The notes beneath the pieces are model-generated. The model made no database searches. It worked only from the letters and a program-made list of their open reading frames with translations, and was not told the origin of the DNA. The position numbers were made by a program, and so were the translations under genes. A stretch of DNA of 12,847 bases from Candidatus Jordarchaeales archaeon (GTDB lineage: Archaea; Asgardarchaeota; Jordiarchaeia; Jordiarchaeales; Freyrarchaeaceae), in assembly GCA_038858525.1 (NCBI GenBank), contig JAWCFL010000025.1, positions 13,927 through 26,773 on the forward strand, given 5' to 3'. This document shows positions 6,477 through 12,847 of the stretch, one piece after another (position 1 is the stretch's first letter; each line of letters begins with the position of its first letter).

Positions 6477-7309
6477 CATGTGCCAACTCTGAATTTCTCC
6501 GTCATTTGCTTTAGCGTCCTTATAGCGCTTAGCGCAGCTAGGTAGCTTGTTTCTGGATTCTCTGGAGAAGGGTAGTTCTGAGTTATGCAGGTGAGCTTTC
6601 CAAACGCGCCCTCAACATGAATTTCATGTATGTTCTTTTTTACGGTTGGATCAACGATCACTTTAACCCTAGTTTTATCTGCTCCCACTCCGGCGAGGCT
6701 AAGCGTCAAAGCCACATTTATGCCCTTAGGGAAAAGTCGCGCCGCCTCTCTGGCAGCTCCCTCAAAAAGAACTGTGGGCTCACTTACCTCGTCTAGATTT
6801 ATCCCCTTCTGTTTCACATACTCGTTTCCCCTGAAAGCTGCGGGCGGCTTCCTAGTTACAAGTTCAACTCTCTCTATTTGCTCCATGGCAGCAGCCTTAA
6901 CCGCATCTATACCGCTTATGGCGCCTGAAGGTATATAGACGTGGACCCCCCTTTCCTCCAATATTTTAAGTATTTTTTCATAAAAATTCTGGTCATAGAA
7001 AGCTCCCACACTCAAAACCATGAGGTCCTTTCCCGCCAAAAGCACCTTTTCACTGTAATCCTTAACGGCTGAAGGAGCCGCAGCTTCAATAACAATGTTA
7101 ACCTTTTTGTCATTTACGACTTCATCTATGCTCCCCGCTACTTTTGGCCTCTTCTTGAGGGAATCAGCCAGCTTAACAGCTTTCTCCTTAACAACGTCGA
7201 AAAGATAAATTAATTCGACATCTCCAGCTTTTCCCTCATCAATCGCTTTTGCTAATGTGCTACCGATTGCACCACAACCTATGATTGCAACGTTTATCAA
7301 AGGGGACAC
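6476..7309 (-). CDS. nadX: L-aspartate dehydrogenase
   Basis: GCGAIG Rossmann motif, SVGA, PSGAISGIDA, INVA, NIHEI (catalytic His) and NPETSYLAALS. Start is GTG 7309 or TTG 7300. Confidence 0.92.
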   Translation of the reverse strand: MSPLINVAIIGCGAIGSTLAKAIDEGKAGDVELIYLFDVVKEKAVKLADSLKKRPKVAGSIDEVVNDKKVNIVIEAAAPSAVKDYSEKVLLAGKDLMVLSVGAFYDQNFYEKILKILEERGVHVYIPSGAISGIDAVKAAAMEQIERVELVTRKPPAAFRGNEYVKQKGINLDEVSEPTVLFEGAAREAARLFPKGINVALTLSLAGVGADKTRVKVIVDPTVKKNIHEIHVEGAFGKLTCITQNYPSPENPETSYLAALSAIRTLKQMTEKFRVGT

Positions 7310-7347
7310 CCCTCATGAAAAAGCATCTAATCTGTAGCAGGGTGACA

Positions 7348-7353
7348 TTTAAA
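7348..7353. promoter_or_regulatory. Palindromic TATA-like TTTAAA between divergent nadX and mfnE
   Basis: A single TTTAAA sits near the centre of the 88-bp divergent intergenic region. Confidence 0.35.
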
Positions 7354-7397
7354 CATTGGAAGCTCATCGTTAATAAAAGCTTTTAGTGGGTGAGGAC

Positions 7398-8042
7398 ATG
7401 TATACCGCGGTTGTTAAAGTTGGAGGAAGTCTAGCTCGCTCAAAAAGAAATCTCAAGCGTCTCTGCTCTAAGCTGTCCAGTCTAGGGAAACGTTACCCAC
7501 TGCTCCTAGTTCCAGGAGGGGGACCATTCGCAGACGAGGTAAGAAAGGAGTACCGCAGGTTTAAGCTAAGCGAAGACGTTGCACACTGGATGGCTCTAAT
7601 GGCTATGAACCAGTTCGGACTTATGCTCGCTGAGCTGACAGGAATCGAAGCCAGCGAAGCTATTGGTGGCGGAAAAACCATTGTTTTTCTGCCATTCCGG
7701 CTGATCTTCGAGGATGACCCTCTCCCTCACTCTTGGGACATCACGTCCGACTCCGTTGCCGCATACATTGCTTGGAAAGCCAAGGTATCAATGGTTATTC
7801 TTCTAAAAGATGTTGATGGAGTTTTTTCTAATGACCCTAAAAGGCACGCTGATGCTAAGTTGCTTGAAAACGTGAAAGCTTTTGACCTAGCATCTCTGGG
7901 AGTTTCAACAAGCGTGGACCCCTTCTTCCCAAAACTTGTAGGAAATTACGGTATTGAAGCATGGGTTATAAATGGCAAATATCCCGAGAGGCTCGAGAAA
8001 CTTCTTTCGGAAGGAAGAACTATGGGGACGAGAATTTATTAA
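7398..8042 (+). CDS. mfnE: [5-(aminomethyl)furan-3-yl]methyl phosphate kinase (MfnE-like; amino-acid-kinase family)
   Basis: VVKVGGSL, VPGGGPFADEVR, AHWMALMAM, LPHSWDITSDSVAAYIA and KDVDG match the MfnE/Orf21 subfamily signature. mfnB is nearby. Start is ATG 7398 after GGGTGAGG (214 aa). Confidence 0.8.
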   Translation: MYTAVVKVGGSLARSKRNLKRLCSKLSSLGKRYPLLLVPGGGPFADEVRKEYRRFKLSEDVAHWMALMAMNQFGLMLAELTGIEASEAIGGGKTIVFLPFRLIFEDDPLPHSWDITSDSVAAYIAWKAKVSMVILLKDVDGVFSNDPKRHADAKLLENVKAFDLASLGVSTSVDPFFPKLVGNYGIEAWVINGKYPERLEKLLSEGRTMGTRIY

Positions 8043-8743
8043 CTACTTTTTAGTATCTCGTCAGACCTTTCTAGAATACTTTTTATTGGTGGGGCGAGCC
8101 AGAAAACGCCTGCTCTCCAGTCAACTTCGACGTAGCCTCTCAGTTCAAGCCAGTTAAACACCTTTCTCGTAGATGCTAAGTTAAACTTCATGGTGTCTGC
8201 AAACTGGCTTATCCCTCCAGCTTTCCCATCATACTTGCTTAGTACATTAAGTAGTGGGGCTACTTTTTCTATTAGCTTCGCGAGCAGTGTTCTCAGGGCG
8301 AGTGAAAGGTTTAACCCGGTTACGGTGCTGGTGCCTATCACGGGGACATCATCCGGAATATCGAAGACCTGCTTGATGACTTCTGGAGGCCGGGCCCCTT
8401 CCACATCCTGCTTGTTCGCAAGGTACACGCGTGTAGTGTCTGGGAGAAACTCGTCGACCTCTCTCCTCACGGCTTTTGCCTCCTCGTCCCGTCTTGAATC
8501 GGCACTATCTATTACGAAGAGGACGCCGTCAGCTCCCTTCGAAAGTATTTCCCTCAGAACCCTAAAATGCTTCATACCCGGCGTTCCGAAAAGATGTACT
8601 CTAAGCCCCTCAATGTCAACCCTTCCGTAATCAAGAGCCACCGTTGTTTCGTGCTTGTCAATATGTATGCTTCTCCCACCCGAAAGGAACTTTACAACAC
8701 TTGACTTGCCCGAATGGTATCCGCCAGTAACCAGCACCTTCAA
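8039..8743 (-). CDS. Small Ras-like/MglA-type GTPase with a C-terminal winged-helix-like extension
   Basis: G1 GGYHSGKSS, G2 TTVALDYG, G3 FGTPG, G4 NKQD and G5 TST. An extra ~75 aa show a three-helix plus beta-hairpin pattern. TTG start. Confidence 0.85.
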   Translation of the reverse strand: MKVLVTGGYHSGKSSVVKFLSGGRSIHIDKHETTVALDYGRVDIEGLRVHLFGTPGMKHFRVLREILSKGADGVLFVIDSADSRRDEEAKAVRREVDEFLPDTTRVYLANKQDVEGARPPEVIKQVFDIPDDVPVIGTSTVTGLNLSLALRTLLAKLIEKVAPLLNVLSKYDGKAGGISQFADTMKFNLASTRKVFNWLELRGYVEVDWRAGVFWLAPPIKSILERSDEILKSS

Positions 8744-8848
8744 GCCAATACACCAACACCAACATTTTTTAAACGTATTTCATTAAGAAGCCAGCAAACC
8801 TAAAAACTCTTCGGACGAAACTTAAAAGTCACCTTGGAGTAACGCATT

Positions 8849-9583
8849 TCACTTAAACTTCTCCCTTAATTCTGCCTCTCTGATTAGAGAGACCAGCTCC
8901 CTAACTCTCGAGCTCGTTATGCGTCCCCTCACTCTGTCCCCTCCATCGCACGCCGCCCCTCTAACCCCCACTATGTCTGCCCCCGTCTTCACGATCAACG
9001 GCAAGTCTTCCCTGCGAAGTGAGCCAGCCAAAGCAACGCTTAACCCTCTATCCTTAGCGAGCAAAACAAAGCGCCTCACCCCCTCCTCACCCCAAATGTC
9101 GACTAAGCTGAGCCCATCCTTAACAGCTGTGTCAACCATCGCAACGTCAGCCTCCGCCTCCTCAACCACTATCGGCACGAGAAAAGGGTCGATAGCACCA
9201 ACTCTTCCCGCATCAGCATACCCAGCAATAACAACCTTAACCCTCAGACTGAACTCCTTAACAGCTCTCACAACGCTCTTCGAAAGATAAACTGCATCTT
9301 CAAACTTGCTTACACCATAAAGGCCAACCTTCACATAATTAACACCACTCACCGCTGCCCCCAAAGCCGCGAGCGCAACGGTACCGGGCTTAAAGGGAAC
9401 ATCACCAACAGTTGCGCTAACCTCAACCTCCCTGGGGACGACTTCACGCACCCTCCTGATCACCCACGGAAAATTGGCGCCCAGAGACCCCTCAGCAGGG
9501 TTCTTAACGTCTATTATGTCTGCTCCTCCAGCGACAGCCTCCAAGGCCTCAAACTCGTCAACAGGACTCACTAGAAGCTTCAT
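8849..9583 (-). CDS. mfnB: (5-formylfuran-3-yl)methyl phosphate synthase (4-HFC-P synthase)
   Basis: KLLVSP, DIIDVKNPxEGSLGA, YVKVG, GYAD, MVDTAVKDG and GSL...VGVRGAAC. Counting from ATG 9583 gives D25, K27, K85 and D151, matching the catalytic residues I recall for M. jannaschii MfnB. SD GGTGG upstream. Confidence 0.95.
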   Translation of the reverse strand: MKLLVSPVDEFEALEAVAGGADIIDVKNPAEGSLGANFPWVIRRVREVVPREVEVSATVGDVPFKPGTVALAALGAAVSGVNYVKVGLYGVSKFEDAVYLSKSVVRAVKEFSLRVKVVIAGYADAGRVGAIDPFLVPIVVEEAEADVAMVDTAVKDGLSLVDIWGEEGVRRFVLLAKDRGLSVALAGSLRREDLPLIVKTGADIVGVRGAACDGGDRVRGRITSSRVRELVSLIREAELREKFK

Positions 9584-9616
9584 GGAAACCACCTAACACG
9601 AAACTACTCAAACCCC

Positions 9617-9632
9617 TAAATTTAGCTTTCGC
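9617..9632 (-). promoter_or_regulatory. Putative BRE + TATA box of mfnB
   Basis: The minus strand reads GCGAAAG-CTAAATTTA, about 34 nt upstream of the ATG. Confidence 0.45.
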
Positions 9633-10046
9633 CACCAACCCGACAAAATAAGTTAAAAGTTAAAAACGCAGACTCAACACTCAAGATCCTCTTCATTCCA
9701 TAAACGGTCCGGGGGGTCAGACCTATCATCGTCTGCAACAAACATTAAACCACAATCAAGAAAAATACTTTTCCGAGCCTCCAAGTCGCTACGAGTTCAA
9801 TTAAACAATTTAGGCTGAAAAGCACATAGCAGTAACAACTTCAAGTGAAAAATTAAACGAAACACCATGTAGTAATAAAGCATGAGCTGCCAGGTTTCAG
9901 TTACGAAACACATGATGCACAAAGCCAATATGCTAAGAACAAGCGCTAGGCCGCTGACGTACACATGCATAGAGAAGCGGAACGCTCCTCAACCCGGCAA
10001 AACATTGAAACATAAATAACGAAACACTCATCAACATTAAAACTTT

Positions 10047-10068
10047 AAAAAGAAAGGAAAGAGAAAAG
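10047..10068 (-). terminator. U-rich terminator after cdhA
   Basis: The minus strand reads CTTTTCTCTTTCCTTTCTTTTT, 11 nt after the cdhA stop. Confidence 0.6.
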
Positions 10069-10079
10069 CACTTTTTCGT

Positions 10080-12440
10080 TTACTTCTTCTCTCTTACAAG
10101 TCGTGGTAGTAGTGTTGGGTCAGGTATTTCAGTGGGCTTCCAGCCTCTATCCTTCAATTCGCGCAGCAAGTCCTCTTTGAACGTGATCGGAATGTCGCCT
10201 TCAACTCTGATGAACTTGTCTATATCGTCCGGCCACTCCTTGCCCAAGTATTTCCTCGTTAAGTCGATGTAGTGGCTTAGCTTTATTTGTCGTCCCTTAG
10301 TCGTGTCGTTTGGTCTGAGGCAGAGCTTCGCGGTCAGAACTATGCATTCCTCCTTAGTCTCCGCTACCACGATAAGGTGCTCAGGCGTCGGTCCAACGTA
10401 AACCTTCTCTCCCGTTCTGGCATTGTAGACGTACCAGTCCTCGTCGACGTCGCTTCTGCCAAGATACTGCCGCCTGTACTTGGATCCATGTGGCCCAACT
10501 ATAACCGGTATGCCCCACATGTTAACTCCGGTAGCTATTGAGGCTGCCTTCTGTGAGTAGGCGCCCCAGGCAACGCCAACAGCCCCCACACGGTTGAGAA
10601 TGTAGTCCGCTATCTCCTCAAAGTTTCCTCTCAGATTTCTTCTGGCGAAAATACTTGCTATCTTTACTGCTGCTCCAACTATGTGGGAGTTTGCTACGCA
10701 AGAGCCGACGTTGACTAATCCTCCAGCATCGAAATTGCCAGGGTACTTCTCGTAAAGTGTTAAGCCTTCCTCATCCCTGTAGCGGCCAAGGTCCATAGCT
10801 GAGCATCCACTAGCGACCACAATATACCTTCTCTTCAGGAATTCCTCCGCCATCTCGACGAGGTCCTTGTGACCATTAGGATAATTCGCGCATCCGACGT
10901 AAGCTATGACGCCAGGTATCTCGCCAAGCACTATCGGTGAGCCAACATTCCTGATCTCCGTGTCCTTTATGGGGCCTCTTCCGCTTCTCATCTTGTAGCG
11001 GTCCTCCTTGATCTGCTTCTCGGCTGCTCTGACTATGAGGTCGTGCACCGGTATGCCCTGCGGGCAGACTTGACTACACCTGTTGCAAGAGACGCACGCA
11101 TCATATATGTCCGCAAGCTTGTTCAAGTCTCCATCAGCGGCAGCCTTGACGGCATATCCAGTCGGTAAGTCCTCGGGGCAAGCCCGCTGGCATGTGTGGC
11201 AGAGAGTGCATTTGGATGCAAGCTCAACGAGCTTCTTCTTGTCAGGTATAACCTTGTACTTCTTCCTTAAGGGGGCTAGCTTCATCGCCACTCTAACCGC
11301 TACTTCTCCCGCTTTTTCTGGGTCAGATATGAAGACGCCGTTTTCCGTCTGGCTGAGTGCTCCCTTAACCAAGTCCTCAACTATAGCGTCAACCGGGTCG
11401 TTTGTCCTGTCTGGCAGACCTCCAATGTTCTTGTCGGTTGTCGCTATGAACGCAGCCTTAATCTTCCTAGCCTCAAGAAGGTTATCGGTGCGTATGCACT
11501 GCTCGTCGACTACGACTACGTCAGGGGCTCCAGACCTAACATACCTTAACTGCCTGCTTATCGTCCCAACAATCTTGTATCTCGCATCATACCTCGTAAG
11601 ATCTATTGCTGTGCAGCATATACCAGCAACCTCAACTTGGTCCTCTAAGCCGTGCTCCCGCAAGTAGTCTATTATGCCGACCGCGGGTATAACGTTGTGA
11701 CCTATAACCAATATCACGGGCTTCTCTAAGTCCACCACGCCCATTCCTACCTCGACCAGAGGGGCTTCGGGGTCTCCCTTGGGGAACCCCAGCGTCGTTA
11801 TCTGGATTATGTCCGCTACTTCCATCGCTAGAAAGTCCATTAGGCCTATGTGGAGCGCCTTTGCTTCGAAGTCAAGGTAGTTGCTTTCCTGTCCGGTGTG
11901 AGTCGCAGACATGCAGTGGAGCACCTGCTCCTGGACGTAGTCGAGTACCGGGATGAAATCTCTAAGTGTTTTGGGCCTTATGCCGCACATCGTTCTCGTT
12001 ATCGGCGCCTCGACGGCAATATCATCACCCAGGTTTATCGGGTAATCTGGCCCATACCTACGGATCAGCTCGTCAAGCATGTGTCTAGCATGCCCTGCGT
12101 GGGCGGAGCAACCCATGAGGCACGCAATGAGAACGATACGTCCCTGCTGGTCACCAATGTTTATTCCGCAAGCCCCCCTCTTACCGGCGGTCAGGTCACA
12201 ATGCCCAAATGTACAAAGACAGCATTTATCGCAGAATGGAGCGTAGAAAGGCCTGTAGCGTTTTAGGATAGTGTGCGCCCAGTTTCTAGTAGTGAGTATG
12301 TTCGGGAATGGCATCGGGCCCTGAGGCTCCCATTCTTCCTCTTCCTCTATGATCTCGCCTATGTACATTTCAAGGTTCTTGAACGAAGCCATTCCTGTTT
12401 TTAACATGTCTGCCTTTATTTTTGCAGCTGGCTTTACCAT
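10080..12440 (-). CDS. cdhA: Acetyl-CoA decarbonylase/synthase complex alpha subunit (Ni,Fe-CO dehydrogenase)
   Basis: CDKCCLCTFGHC (D/B clusters), HAGHARH, C-cluster ligands GHN, GICCT, DEQC, VGCAN, SGCS and GSC, QKA lysine, and the extra 2x[4Fe-4S] domain CTLCHTCQRACP / CVSCNRCSQVCP. Start is ATG 12440 after GGAGG (786 aa). Confidence 0.97.
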   Translation of the reverse strand: MVKPAAKIKADMLKTGMASFKNLEMYIGEIIEEEEEWEPQGPMPFPNILTTRNWAHTILKRYRPFYAPFCDKCCLCTFGHCDLTAGKRGACGINIGDQQGRIVLIACLMGCSAHAGHARHMLDELIRRYGPDYPINLGDDIAVEAPITRTMCGIRPKTLRDFIPVLDYVQEQVLHCMSATHTGQESNYLDFEAKALHIGLMDFLAMEVADIIQITTLGFPKGDPEAPLVEVGMGVVDLEKPVILVIGHNVIPAVGIIDYLREHGLEDQVEVAGICCTAIDLTRYDARYKIVGTISRQLRYVRSGAPDVVVVDEQCIRTDNLLEARKIKAAFIATTDKNIGGLPDRTNDPVDAIVEDLVKGALSQTENGVFISDPEKAGEVAVRVAMKLAPLRKKYKVIPDKKKLVELASKCTLCHTCQRACPEDLPTGYAVKAAADGDLNKLADIYDACVSCNRCSQVCPQGIPVHDLIVRAAEKQIKEDRYKMRSGRGPIKDTEIRNVGSPIVLGEIPGVIAYVGCANYPNGHKDLVEMAEEFLKRRYIVVASGCSAMDLGRYRDEEGLTLYEKYPGNFDAGGLVNVGSCVANSHIVGAAVKIASIFARRNLRGNFEEIADYILNRVGAVGVAWGAYSQKAASIATGVNMWGIPVIVGPHGSKYRRQYLGRSDVDEDWYVYNARTGEKVYVGPTPEHLIVVAETKEECIVLTAKLCLRPNDTTKGRQIKLSHYIDLTRKYLGKEWPDDIDKFIRVEGDIPITFKEDLLRELKDRGWKPTEIPDPTLLPRLVREKK

Positions 12441-12466
12441 TTTAGCCCTCCACAAGCATTATCATG

Positions 12467-12488
12467 GTTCCTCGTGGAAACGAGGAAC
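12467..12488. repeat. Perfect 9-bp inverted repeat (GTTCCTCGT-GGAA-ACGAGGAAC), candidate cdhA operator or 5' hairpin
   Basis: Read directly from the sequence. It lies between the cdhA TATA box and SD. Confidence 0.7.
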
Positions 12489-12497
12489 ACGTATTTG

Positions 12498-12513
12498 TTT
12501 TAAAAGTTTCGTC
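12498..12513 (-). promoter_or_regulatory. BRE + TATA box of cdhA
   Basis: The minus strand reads GACGAAAC-TTTTAAAA. Confidence 0.65.
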
Positions 12514-12640
12514 TAAAGACGCATCTTCTCCTGCAACCGGAATAGTTGCATTAAAAAACTAAAAATCCGTCTAAAACACGTGACGCAGGAAATTACACAT
12601 TTACTGGAACGCCGTAGTCAGCAGTTTCGGGGTAGATGGG

Positions 12641-12648
12641 TTTAAATA
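12641..12648 (+). promoter_or_regulatory. TATA box for the (probably leaderless) HTH gene
   Basis: TTTAAATA ends 26 nt before ATG 12675. No SD is present. Confidence 0.5.
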
Positions 12649-12674
12649 TTTGTTTTAGCTCCATTAGCTCTTTT

Positions 12675-12847
12675 ATGGAAGAAGAGCTCTTACGTCCCTC
12701 TGAGGTTGCTAAGAAGTTCGGTGTTTCAGTTAAAAAGCTTTGGAAGTGGCAAAGGAAAGGCATTATTAAAGCGATTAAGCTTCCGACTGGTAAGCTACGC
12801 TATCCTAAGAGTGAGGTTGAGAGGTTATGGAGGCAGTTAGGAGCTAC
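12675..12847 (+). CDS. MerR/excisionase-like helix-turn-helix protein, 3'-truncated by the window; resembles the N-terminus of IS607-family TnpA or the small HTH gene of IS200/IS605-IS607 elements
   Basis: Manual translation gives MEEELLRPSEVAKKFGVSVKKLWKWQRKGIIKAIKLPTGKLRYPKSEVERLWRQLGA..., open to the window end. It is not in the ORF track. Confidence 0.75.
   Translation, partial: MEEELLRPSEVAKKFGVSVKKLWKWQRKGIIKAIKLPTGKLRYPKSEVERLWRQLGA

Noticed and set aside
3771-8630. ORFs 3771-4292, 4241-4465, 5931-6116, 6100-6363, 6284-6514, 6630-6938, 7493-7681, 7972-8157 and 8190-8630
   Set aside because: All overlap confidently identified genes and have no recognisable domains.
9674-10019. Micro-ORFs 9674-9745/9784 (-, acidic, ...DDDRSDPPDRLWNEEDLEC) and 9882-10019 (+, 45 aa)
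   Set aside because: No SD, no recognisable motif, and lengths compatible with chance.
8919-12266. Plus-strand ORFs 8919-9290, 10287-10541, 11083-11667 and 11850-12266
   Set aside because: Antisense shadows of mfnB and cdhA.
1-12847. CRISPR array, tRNA, rRNA or mcr genes
   Set aside because: No regularly spaced repeats, cloverleafs or rRNA-like sequence were seen. The mfn, mtd and cdh genes alone do not demonstrate methanogenesis.

Overview
Archaeal chromosomal window. The evidence is BRE/TATA promoters, archaeal-type CdhA, MfnB/MfnE, LrpA and AbrB-PhoU. The gene mix fits a Bathyarchaeia-like or other TACK/Asgard anaerobe, which is an inference. It holds 11 complete core CDSs, one rubredoxin missed by the ORF track, and a truncated MerR/IS607-like HTH gene at the right edge. 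Two themes are interleaved. (i) H4MPT/methanofuran C1 metabolism: a bacterial-type NAD(P)-dependent methylene-H4MPT dehydrogenase with an unexplained ~210-aa N-terminal domain, mfnE, mfnB, and a stand-alone cdhA. (ii) A redox/oxidative-stress block: acyl-CoA dehydrogenase, rubredoxin, LrpA and rubrerythrin. nadX, an NDT-family N-glycosidase and a small GTPase fused to a winged helix are also present. The most unusual items are the Mtd fusion (with an internal SD+ATG at the domain boundary), the GTPase-wHTH gene between mfnE and mfnB, and the orphan cdhA with a palindrome-rich promoter. No rRNA, tRNA or CRISPR array was seen.
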